NCBI GenBank assembly: GCA_963745875.1
Contig: CAVUZL010000014.1
Span: forward strand, 449,203-513,202
Direction of reading: 5' to 3'
Length of the DNA: 64,000 nucleotides
DNA from: an uncultured Acidobacteriota bacterium
Lineage (GTDB): Bacteria > Acidobacteriota > Vicinamibacteria > Vicinamibacterales > CAVVIG01
Part shown: piece by piece, positions 19,412-28,490 of the stretch
How positions within the stretch are numbered: the first letter of the stretch is position 1
Layout: the number at the start of each line of letters is the position of its first letter
Notes under the pieces: generated by a model
Database searches by the model: none
Seen by the model: only the letters and a program-made list of their open reading frames with translations
What the model was told of the DNA's origin: nothing
Program-made: the position numbers and the translations under genes

Positions 19412-20518
19412 TCAATGGCGTTCCATCCGCTTTTTGGTGATCGCGAGCGAAGCCTGCATCCCCTGTTCGGCTTCGCCCTGCACTTTGCCGCGGATGAGTG
19501 AGCCCATGAAACCGCCAAGCCCATCCGATCTGCTGCGACTGACGTTGGCGAACCAGAATCCTTCTCCGCGCGCGGGATCCGGCACGAGGACTCGCAGTTC
19601 GATCGCCGTCCAGAAGTAGTGGCTGGCGTACAACATTTTCGAGACGACCGCGACGTAGGACGGCCACGTCGCGATCGTGAGGTGACTGATGCGGATCGTC
19701 GGCTTCAGCCCGAACTGGGCGTTCTGCCAATACAGAAAGGATTCCGCGTTGGGCAGCGTGACCTTCGGATAATCGAGGAGGTACTCTTTGAGATCGGGAA
19801 GATGGTCGGTCATTTCCGGCATGCGATCGACCATGGCCGCAAACTCCTGCGCAACAAACGTCGGGCGTTTCGCGTCACGGTACACGGCGAGGCGGCTGTT
19901 GCCGCCATCCAGGTATGCGGTCACGTACTGGTACGCCAGCCTTCGCATCGATCGATTCACATCGGCAGATGCGCTCGGTTTCGACCAGTCGGTCTCCTTT
20001 TGAATGCGCGTCAACGCCGCTTCGCCTAACTTGACCTCGCAATCGCCAACCTTGCAGGTCCTCAGGTCCGCGATGTCGTCAGGTGGAAGCGAGAGCTGAT
20101 CAAAATCATCGAGTCGGGGTGGATCGCTGATGCGCTTCGTGACCAGAAACTTGTCGCCTTGTTCCAATGACTCGATGTCCTTCACGGCGGTGAGGTAACG
20201 AGTCGTCGGTGCATCGATCCATACGGCGCCGAAGATGGCCACCTCCTTCGCAGGGTCCGTTTCGAGGTGCTGCGTCACGGGCTGTCCGGCGAGGAGTTGC
20301 CGGTATTTGTCGGCTGTCAGTTTGACGTCAGACTTGATGTACGAATCGAGCATGGCGGGAAGCGAAGGCTGGCCTTGCGCCGCAAGAGGCTTCCCATCTG
20401 GGCTCGGGCCGCGTACTGCGACGAGCACAGCCAGCGAGAACAGGAGCACTCGTGGTCCGGCGTTCAGTCGAGTGCACGGTGGCTTCATGTTGGTTCCAGC
20501 TGAGATCAACCTCATCAT
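19412..20518 (-). CDS. hypothetical secreted protein
   Basis: 368-aa ORF with an N-terminal hydrophobic segment (VLLFSLAVLVAV). I recognised no family. Confidence 0.6.
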   Translation of the reverse strand: MMRLISAGTNMKPPCTRLNAGPRVLLFSLAVLVAVRGPSPDGKPLAAQGQPSLPAMLDSYIKSDVKLTADKYRQLLAGQPVTQHLETDPAKEVAIFGAVWIDAPTTRYLTAVKDIESLEQGDKFLVTKRISDPPRLDDFDQLSLPPDDIADLRTCKVGDCEVKLGEAALTRIQKETDWSKPSASADVNRSMRRLAYQYVTAYLDGGNSRLAVYRDAKRPTFVAQEFAAMVDRMPEMTDHLPDLKEYLLDYPKVTLPNAESFLYWQNAQFGLKPTIRISHLTIATWPSYVAVVSKMLYASHYFWTAIELRVLVPDPARGEGFWFANVSRSRSDGLGGFMGSLIRGKVQGEAEQGMQASLAITKKRMERH

Positions 20519-20644
20519 CAGGTTGGCACATGCGGAGACGCCGTCCCCACACTAAAGGGAGCAACAATGCAAGACGCGGGACAGCACCCCTACGTCCATG
20601 TTGATCGTACCGCTGAACCACCTTACTGCGCGCGTTGACGGCAG

Positions 20645-23369
20645 TCAGTTCCCGAACTTGCGAACAAACCAGACCTTCACGACCTGCGTGAGAGCCACAT
20701 AGCCCAGCAGCATCATCGCCAGCAGGAACCAGTACAGTGGCGGAAGCGGTACGAATCCGAGCGTGTTGGCCAGCGGCGAGACTGTCAGCCAGCAGCCCAT
20801 CACGACGATGATCAGCGAGGTCGCGATCAACGGCCAACTCGCCCGACTCTCGATGAACGGGATTTTGTTCGTGCGGATGACGTGAATGATTAAGGTCTGT
20901 GTGAGCAGCGACTCCACGAACCAGCCGGTTTGGAAGAGCCTCGGATTGGTCCAGCAGTTGAACACGTACAACAGAATGAAAAACGTCAGGTAGTCGAAGA
21001 TCGAGCTGATCGGACCGATGAACAGAATAAACCGCTGAATCTCGCCAATCGTCCACTTGCGCGGCCTGGTCAGCCACTCGGCGTCAACCGCGTCGGTGGG
21101 AATGGCCGTTTGCGAGAAGTCGTACAACAGGTTATTGGTGAGCACCTGGATCGGCAGCATCGGCAGAAACGGCAAGAAAGATGCTGGCCCCCAACACACT
21201 GAACATGTTGCCGAAGTTCGAGCTGGCGGCCATCTTGATGTACTTGATGATGTTGCCGAATACTCGGCGGCCTTCGAGTACCCCCTCCTCGAGGATGAGC
21301 AGGCTGTTCTCCAGCAGGATGATGTCCGATGATTCCTTCGCAATGTCCACGGCGCTGTCCACCGAAATGCCGACATCGGCCGCTTTCAACGCCGGGGCGT
21401 CGTTGATCCCGTCACCCATGAAGCCGGTCACATGGCCAGTGCGCTGCAGCGCCCGGATGATGCGCTCCTTGTGCGCCGGGACCAGCCGAGCAAAGACGGT
21501 GTTCGTGCGTACGGCGTCGCCCAGCTCCTCGTCGCTCATCGTCTCGATCTGGGAGCCGAGTAGCATATGCTCCGCCGGGAGCCCGACTTCCCGGCAGATG
21601 AAGGCGGTCACGATTTCGTTGTCGCCCGTGAGGATCTTCACGTCCACACTCAGACGGGCCAATTTCGTGAGCGCGGCTGTGCAGGTGTCTTTCGGTGGGT
21701 CGAGAAAGGCGAGGAACCCGAGCAGGATCAGCTCCGACTCATCCCTCACGGAGTAGACCGGATCGTCTGACCCACCCGGCATCTGTTTGTAGGCGAGGGC
21801 GATCACTCGGAATCCCTGCGCGTTCAGCTCGTTCGCCAACTGCCGGCGCGCGACATCGTGTTCGGCCTGCACATCAGTGATCGCCCCCTTCATGTCCACG
21901 CGCGTGCAGCGGGTTAAGACTTCATCCACGGCGCCCTTGCAGATCAGCGTGTTCAGTCCCGTGTCGTCTTCCACCACCACCGACATCCGACGCCTCACGA
22001 AATCAAACGGGACCTCGTCGATTTTCTTGAACTTCTCTCTCGCCTTCAGGTGCGCTTCGAGGTCCCCATGGTTGAGGACCGCCTCGTCGAGCAGGTTCTT
22101 CAGCCCCGTATGGAAGTAGCTGTTCAGGTATCCGTACTGCAGGACCTTCTCGCTGGGATCGCCATGCGGGTCCAGATATTTTTCGAGGACGATCTTGCCC
22201 TGCGTGAGGGTCCCGGTCTTGTCGGTGCACAGGACGTCCATGGCCCCGAAGTTCTGGATGGCGTTCAAGCGTTTGACGATGACTTTCCGGCGAGCCATCG
22301 CCAGCGCGCCCTTGGAAAGGTTCACCGTGACGATCATGGGCAGCATTTCCGGGGTCAGCCCGACCGCCACCGCCATCGCAAACAGCAACGCCTCCAGCCA
22401 GTTGTGCTTGCTGAATCCATTGATCAGAAAGACCGCCGGCACCATCACCGCGATGAAGCGAATCATCAGCCACGTGAAGGCGTTGACGCCTTGATCAAAG
22501 CTGGTGAGTTGGCGTGGCCCGACAATGCTCGCCGCCAATGACCCGAAGTAGGTCGCATCGCCGGTGTAGAGGACGACGGCTGTCGCCGATCCGCTCACGA
22601 TGTTCGAACCCAGGAAGCAGATAGTGGTCAGTTCCAGGGGATTCTCAACGTCCGCGGCCGTCGGCTCGGCTCTCTTTTCGACAGGCAGTGCTTCGCCGGT
22701 GAGGGCCGCCTGGTTCACGAAGAGGTCCTTCGCGGACAGCACCCGAACGTCGGCCGGCACCATGTCACCGGCGGACAGTCGGACGATGTCTCCCGGCACG
22801 AGGGTCTTGAGCGACAGTTCTGATTCCTGCCCATCGCGCAGGACCGTCGCCGTGTTACTGACCATGGCTTTCAGCCGCTCGGCCGCGTGATCGGCACGCA
22901 GTTCCTGCACGAACCGCAACACCACGCCGAGGACGACCATGACGAAAATCACCGTCGTGGCACGCTGATCCCCGGTCAGGAACGACACCGCACCCAGCGC
23001 CGTCAGCAGGATGACCAGCGGATTCTTGACGTTGCTCAGCAGCCGGAGCAGGGCGGATGGGTTCTTCTCCCGGGCAATCTCATTGAACCCGTACTGTTTC
23101 AAACGGGATTCGGCGACTGCCGTGGTGAGTCCGGTTGACTGCGAGGTCAATCGTTGGAGGACGTTCCCAATGTCGGCGCGTGCCTGGTCCAGCAACTGGC
23201 CTGACGCCGGCGCGCCGGTGCCAGCCGGATGGTGATCCACGGGTTGCAGCGGCTTCAGAACACTCTCCCTGACCAGCCGCGTGCCGCCCGGGGCAGCAGC
23301 GTACGCTGGTCTCGCTCGCCGTCCAGGGTCGTGTCCGGCGACGCGTGTTTCGGGGGCACTCATCCGCAT
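20645..23369 (-). CDS. mgtA: Mg2+-importing P-type ATPase, interrupted by one +1 frameshift near 21173
   Basis: Contains CTDKTGTLTQGKIVLE, TGDNEIV and MGDGINDAPALKAADVGISV. ORF 21132..23369 ends ...SVLGASIFL, and the conserved continuation PFLPMLPIQVLTNNLLYDFSQ is in ORF 20645..21376. The sense strand reads ttt ctt g ccg ttt ctg. Start-to-stop length is 3n+1. Confidence 0.9.
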
Positions 23370-23516
23370 CGGTTCGATGCTCTGATTGTTGATCCAAGTG
23401 CCGGGCGACGCGCATCACCCGCTTCCGAATGACACTGCGGACCCATGTTCGGCTCCCCGTGGCCTGTCCTCAATTGAACAGCGCGAACTCTGTAACTGAC
23501 GCATCGTGGTAATGCC

Positions 23517-24011
23517 ATGATCACCTTGAGAAATGTTCTCATTGCCACTGACTTCAGCGAAGCGGCCGATGCCGCGTTGGCCTACGGACAGGCGTTCGCC
23601 CGGACGTTCGGAGCCACTCTTCACGTGCTGCACGTCGTCGGCGACGTTTCAAGCTTCGCGTACGGCGCCGACGGCTACGTAGCGACGCTGCCCGACATGC
23701 AACAGGAGATCGAGGCCGCTGCACGCCAGCAGCTTGACGCGCTGGCGATCAACCAGGACACGCCGATGCCGACGCGACGCGTGTTACTGCGATCGAACGG
23801 GCCGGCAGTGGCGATCGTGGAGTACGCCACTCAGCAGGAGATCGATCTCATCGTGACCGGGACACACGGCCGCGGCACGGCCGCGCATTGGCTGCTGGGC
23901 AGCGTAGCGGAACGAGTCGTGCGGTTGGCGCCGTGTCCGGTGCTGACCGTTCGCCAGCCTGAGCGTGACTTCGTGCAGCCCGATGCCACGGTCGCGAGCG
24001 CTCACGCATAA
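23517..24011 (+). CDS. universal stress protein (UspA family)
   Basis: NVLIATDFSEAADAALAYG ... LHVLHVV ... DLIVTGTHGRGTAAHWLLGSVAERVVRLAPCPVLTV. Confidence 0.9.
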   Translation: MITLRNVLIATDFSEAADAALAYGQAFARTFGATLHVLHVVGDVSSFAYGADGYVATLPDMQQEIEAAARQQLDALAINQDTPMPTRRVLLRSNGPAVAIVEYATQQEIDLIVTGTHGRGTAAHWLLGSVAERVVRLAPCPVLTVRQPERDFVQPDATVASAHA

Positions 24012-24040
24012 CCTTGACGCTCGCTGACAGGAGTGCTCCG

Positions 24041-24421
24041 GTGGCCACACACGCCGTCGTCTGGATCGATCATAAGGAAGCGCGCATTTTTCACGTGCAC
24101 CCGGCTTCAGTCGATGACACCACGGTGCTGTCGCCGCAACACCACCTGCACCGTCACCCCAAGGGTCGTGGAGCGCCGACGGAACATCCGGCGGACGCGC
24201 ACCATTTTTTCGCGGAGGTCACCGCAGCGCTCCACGACGTCGACGCAATTCTGATCGTGGGACCATCGTCGGCCAAGCTCGAACTGTTTCGCTATCTCCA
24301 CGAACACGATCGCCGCGTCGAGGCGCGGGTGGTCGGCGTTGAGTCGGCGGATCATCCGACCGATGGAGAGATTGTCGCGCGCGCGCGGACCTGCTTCAGC
24401 CAGAGTGATCGGATGGCGTGA
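24041..24421 (+). CDS. small eRF1/Pelota-like (baeRF-type) protein; I recall this family being annotated as translational machinery protein
   Basis: HAVVWIDHKEARIFHV ... HHFFAEVTAALHDVDAILIVGPSSAKLELFRYL. Start taken at GTG 24041, which has an AGGAG 8 nt upstream (the ORF track starts at TTG 24014). The family assignment is from memory only. Confidence 0.55.
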   Translation: MATHAVVWIDHKEARIFHVHPASVDDTTVLSPQHHLHRHPKGRGAPTEHPADAHHFFAEVTAALHDVDAILIVGPSSAKLELFRYLHEHDRRVEARVVGVESADHPTDGEIVARARTCFSQSDRMA

Positions 24422-24512
24422 GGCTGAAATCCGCCGTGGTCGGAACCGGCGAAGGTCGATCGTGAAGACATCGCCAACCCCTAACATTGGACCTGCCCGG
24501 AGGAGACCGTCC

Positions 24513-25001
24513 ATGATTCTGCTCAAGCAAATCCTCGTCGCCACAGACTTCGGCGCGGCGTCCGACGCGGCGCTCGAGTACGGCCGGGTCCTGGCACAGA
24601 CGTTCTGCTCTTCGCTACACCTCCTGCACGTGACCGATAACCCGTTTCTGCGCCCTGTGTCCGCCGATCCCGGCCTGATCGAGGCGGTCATGCGCAAGCA
24701 TCTAACCGAATGCCTGACCGAGCACGATCGGACAACACTGGACGCTACGGCCGCGCTCAAGACCTCTGACCGGCCGGCCGAGGAGATCGTGAACTACGCC
24801 AAGGGCCACGACATCGACCTCATCGTCATGGGCACGCACGGTCGCGGCGCCATGGCGCAATTGCTCGTCGGGAGCGTGGCGGAGATGGTCGTCCGGACGG
24901 CGCCCTGCCCGGTCCTCACCGTGCGACATCCCGTGCGTGACTTCATCAGGCCGCGGACACCCGATACTCGCATCAACCCGCCTGGAGGAAACCTGTATTG
25001 A
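24513..25001 (+). CDS. universal stress protein (UspA family)
   Basis: ILVATDFGAASDAALEYG ... LHLLHV ... DLIVMGTHGRGAMAQLLVGSVAEMVVRTAPCPVLTV. ATG 24513 is preceded by GGAGGAG. Confidence 0.9.
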   Translation: MILLKQILVATDFGAASDAALEYGRVLAQTFCSSLHLLHVTDNPFLRPVSADPGLIEAVMRKHLTECLTEHDRTTLDATAALKTSDRPAEEIVNYAKGHDIDLIVMGTHGRGAMAQLLVGSVAEMVVRTAPCPVLTVRHPVRDFIRPRTPDTRINPPGGNLY

Positions 25002-25044
25002 TCGCCCTCAGGAATATCCTCGTCACCACGCATTTCAGCGGGCG

Positions 25045-25416
25045 TCAGCATCCATCGATGCACAGGCGCTTGATGGTCGATAGCAGGTCGCCAGACGAGA
25101 GTTTCGATACGAAGGCAGCGGCGCCGGCCTCGAGAAACATCTGGCGGGCGTTCGGATCGTCGAAAACCGTGAACATGATCACTTTCATCCCGGGGTTCAC
25201 GCGGGTAATCTCGCGGCACACCTCGACTGAGTCGACGTTCGGCAGGTGCATGTCGAGCACGACCACGTCCGGCTGGAGTCGGTGCGCCGCCTCCACCACT
25301 TCGCCTCCGTCGGCGACGCTTCCGACGATCTCGCAGTCCACTGCCAGCAACCGGCCGACGGCTTTCGTGAGTTCAGGGTAATCGTCTGCCAACAGCACGC
25401 GGGGCCGCGTGGCCAA
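25045..25416 (-). CDS. single-domain response regulator (CheY-like), orphan
   Basis: RVLLADDYPELTKAV ... QPDVVVLDMHLPNVDS ... KVIMFT ... AAAFVSK. Clear nucleotide-level paralog of 254..676. No kinase gene is adjacent. Confidence 0.88.
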   Translation of the reverse strand: MATRPRVLLADDYPELTKAVGRLLAVDCEIVGSVADGGEVVEAAHRLQPDVVVLDMHLPNVDSVEVCREITRVNPGMKVIMFTVFDDPNARQMFLEAGAAAFVSKLSSGDLLSTIKRLCIDGC

Positions 25417-25514
25417 ACACTGACCTTCCTTCCTTCGGTACGATCGATTTGCTCGCGACGCGTGGTCGCACTCGGGCGCCTAGTGTAACCCGTCCGCAAT
25501 CGACCGTCCGAAGA

Positions 25515-26063
25515 TCAGGGATCGATCTTTCTGATGTTGTTGCCCTGGATCCCGAGACCGCCCATCAACCCCTTCTGGCTGAAGATGAAGGCGTAGATGT
25601 CGTCGTTCATGGTCGTGGTCGTCGTCGTTTTTGCCTTCCCCTCGTCCATGACGACGACAGTGGGGCCGACGCCGACTTCGAACCCGTTTGCCACATCCAG
25701 CTGCTGCAGGGCCTGCTCGTTCATGAAGAACATCGCGTAGCCATAGGTCTGCCCGCCTGCCTGGAGACCGAATGACGCGCCCGACGTGCTGTAGTACCCG
25801 ACCGTCTTTCCATCTTTGATCAACGCGCCGTCGCCGTGCTGGCCGCCGATGCCCAGGCCCGCCTTGGTGACTTTGGGAAAAACCAGGATGGCGTGCGCCT
25901 TCGCGCCCAGTGCCTTGGCCGCGGGCACTTTCGCATAGAGCGACGCCAGCGCGGCCTTGGAATTCTTCGTGAGTTCCGCGGCGTCGTCTCCGGCCATTGC
26001 GGGACCCGTTGCCGCGGCAAGCGACGCGATCATGATCACGCTGGTCAACGTTCTCACTGACAT
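25515..26063 (-). CDS. SYLF (Ysc84-like, DUF500) domain protein, secreted
   Basis: Signal peptide MSVRTLTSVIMIASLAAATGPAMA, then AILVFPKVTKAGLGIGGQHGDGALI ... SFGLQAGGQTYGYAMFF ... IFSQKGLMGGLGIQG. Start taken at ATG 26063. Confidence 0.75.
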   Translation of the reverse strand: MSVRTLTSVIMIASLAAATGPAMAGDDAAELTKNSKAALASLYAKVPAAKALGAKAHAILVFPKVTKAGLGIGGQHGDGALIKDGKTVGYYSTSGASFGLQAGGQTYGYAMFFMNEQALQQLDVANGFEVGVGPTVVVMDEGKAKTTTTTTMNDDIYAFIFSQKGLMGGLGIQGNNIRKIDP

Positions 26064-26085
26064 AACCAAGCTCCCTGGTTGCTCC

Positions 26086-27238
26086 TCACCAGCCGTAACC
26101 AAACTTCAGATACACGCCGCGGTTGCCCTGGACGCCGGCGGCGTATTCGAGATTGACCAGCATTCGCTCCACCGGCTTGATGACAAACTGAAGGCCCGCG
26201 CCCCATGCGGGGTACACGGTTCTCTCGGCAGCGTCGGTGCTGTCCTGACCGTACAGACTGGCCACGCCGCCGAACAGCGTCGCGCCCCATCGCCGGCCGA
26301 AGGCCAGTCGCTCCTCGGCCTCGAACTCCGACATGTACGGCGCGAGATACTCGCCGAACTTGTAGCCACGCAGGACGACCGACGCCTGTGCGGCTGAAGG
26401 GGCATCGTGTGTCAACCAGTTGTACTGCCGGAACGCCAGGACGTCGCCGCCCCAGTGCGACCAGAACGCCCGCAGGTCGATGCGATAGGCACCGAAGGTC
26501 GATGCTCCGCCGAGCGCCTCGCTGTAGGCGAAATTGTTCACATTCAAATACCAGCCCAGCGTAGGCATATCCTGGTTGTCGCGCGAGTCATGCATCACGA
26601 CGGCGCCGAGCGCCGCCGACTTGAATCCCTTGACACCCAGCGTCTCCAGTGCGAAATCGTCCTGCGCGGAGTCGCCGGTCACCTGATAATTCGTCGCGGT
26701 GCCTTGCGCACCGATGAACCAGTCACCCGTCACACGGTAGAGATATCTGCCCGATCCGGCTTTGAGGTCGTCGTTGGTCTTGAGCGGCTGGCCGGTGCCG
26801 AGATAGTCCTCGTAGTCGTTCTTGATGTAGCCGAACACAGCGATGCCTATGATCCGATGGTGGTCTTCGTGAAACGATGTGCGGGCAAATGCGGCGGCAA
26901 CGGTGGAGTGCGTCGACGTGTACTGGTAGGTGACGCCGAACATTGACATCTGGCTGACGGGGTCGAATTGATGCAGGTACGCACCCATGGCGCCAAGGGA
27001 CGTCCCCAGTTTCGGGCTGGAAGAAACCACCGGCACCAGGAGCCAAGGCGACGACCCAGATTCCGACGACTTGTCAGCGGCTTGTTCGACCGGGGCGTCG
27101 TCTGGCGCCGCGACCGTTGCCGGAGGCGGCGGTCTGCTGTGCCGCGCCGGCCATCAGCGGCACCCCCGGAAGCATCCACGCCAGCGCGACTCCGACAACG
27201 ACCCGGCGCCATTTACGACCGCGCGTTCGATCCCGCAT
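26086..27238 (-). CDS. outer-membrane beta-barrel protein (possibly POTRA-less Omp85-like), signal peptide separated from barrel by a +1 frameshift near 27121
   Basis: The barrel ORF 26086..27036 ends ...GVYLKFGYGW and has no signal peptide. A good signal peptide (MRDRTRGRKWRRVVVGVALAWMLPGVPLMAGAAQQTAAS) starts at ATG 27238, 2 nt after the upstream gene's stop, in the -1 neighbouring frame. Removing one base gives ...TAAS ATVAAPDDAPVEQAADKSS.... Confidence 0.7.
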
Positions 27239-27240
27239 CG

Positions 27241-27870
27241 TTAGAGCAGTCCGACCTTTTTCATCTCGCTCGCCGCTCCGGCCGCCAGTTCGCGGACGAA
27301 CTCGTCGATCTTCGACGGATTGGTCGTCTTGCTCTGCCCCGCCCACAGCAACTTGTTCTGCTTGAGTGAATACACGAGCGTCTCGACGGTCACGATGGTA
27401 TCGGTTCGGATGTCGGTCGTCGCGCCACCCCACGCCCCGCCCCAGCCGTAGCCGTAATACCCGCCCCAATACGGACCGTACATCGGTCCGCCGTACATCG
27501 ACATCGACGTCGTGCTGCTAATCTGCTGGTCCTTCGCGACTGGACGCATGACGACGACGCCGGTCGCGCCGGACGCTTCGATGGCCGCACGTGCCCTGGC
27601 TTCGTCGCGCACCATGTCATCGGGCACGATCGTGTAGCCGGGCACGCCCTCGGCACCCTGGGCGGTCACGGCCTTCGCCAGTGCATCTTCACCGGAACGG
27701 CGCATCGAGACGTCCTTCGTCACGATGATGGCGACGACTTTCTGCCCCTTGAGAGAGGTGATCGGCTGCGCGTCTGGCGCGCGCCAGCTTGACGTATAGG
27801 TCGTCGTTGCGCATGCGCTCAGACCAATCGCAGCGCAGACGACCAGCGTACGCGGGACACAATGAAACAT
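27241..27870 (-). CDS. lipoprotein with internal Gly/Tyr/Trp-rich insert (hypothetical)
   Basis: Lipobox AIGLSAC. A globular alpha/beta-looking sequence is interrupted by SMYGGPMYGPYWGGYYGYGWGGAWGG. Confidence 0.7.
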   Translation of the reverse strand: MFHCVPRTLVVCAAIGLSACATTTYTSSWRAPDAQPITSLKGQKVVAIIVTKDVSMRRSGEDALAKAVTAQGAEGVPGYTIVPDDMVRDEARARAAIEASGATGVVVMRPVAKDQQISSTTSMSMYGGPMYGPYWGGYYGYGWGGAWGGATTDIRTDTIVTVETLVYSLKQNKLLWAGQSKTTNPSKIDEFVRELAAGAASEMKKVGLL

Positions 27871-27895
27871 GGAATTCTCTCCTTGACCGACTGTC

Positions 27896-28441
27896 CTACT
27901 TGCCGTCTTCGAGCGAGAGAATGAAGGCTTCGGTCCAGGTGATGTCGAGCCTGTCGCCGACCTTGACCTTCTCCAGCATCTTCTTGTCCTCGACGCGGCT
28001 GCTGTACTTCCAGCCGTTCGGTCCGGTAAACGTGATCGACGGCACCGCCTGATCGATCGCCACGATCGTTGCCGTTATCGTGCGCTGGTGCGAGAAGGTG
28101 GCGGCCGGTCGTCCTTCGGCCTTGACGAGACCCGCCGACGTGGTGTCCACGGCCTGTTCGCCCGGCGCCTTCACGCGCAAGATGATGTTGTCGTAGTACT
28201 TGGCGTTAATCTTGTCGCCGACCTTCAGCGTGTCGAACCGCTTGATGCTGTCGGGAAAGTAGAACACGTCGTAGGTCCCGTCCGGCTTCTTCACCGTGAC
28301 TTCCCGCGTCGCCTTCTCGATGGCCTCGACGCTGGCGGTGACCATCTTCGTTTCGCCGGGAATCGTCTTGGTTTGCGCTGCAACCGGGATCGCCGTCAGA
28401 GCCAGAAGTCCGGTAACCGCGAACATGCTGAGTGTCTTCAT
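27896..28441 (-). CDS. secreted two-repeat beta-rich protein (hypothetical)
   Basis: Signal peptide MKTLSMFAVTGLLALTAIPVAAQ. Two similar modules, each ending in a (L/V)KVGD(K/R) motif. ATG 28441 is preceded by GGAGAGAGG. Confidence 0.7.
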   Translation of the reverse strand: MKTLSMFAVTGLLALTAIPVAAQTKTIPGETKMVTASVEAIEKATREVTVKKPDGTYDVFYFPDSIKRFDTLKVGDKINAKYYDNIILRVKAPGEQAVDTTSAGLVKAEGRPAATFSHQRTITATIVAIDQAVPSITFTGPNGWKYSSRVEDKKMLEKVKVGDRLDITWTEAFILSLEDGK

Positions 28442-28490
28442 GGGAACACCTCTCTCCTTTGTCCGTTCCTTTGTCGTGCGTTTGCGTCTG

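Noticed and set aside
23370-23516. Mg2+ (M-box) riboswitch in the mgtA leader
   Set aside because: The leader is only about 147 nt, and I could not recognise conserved M-box sequence or helices by eye. An Rfam scan would be needed to settle it.
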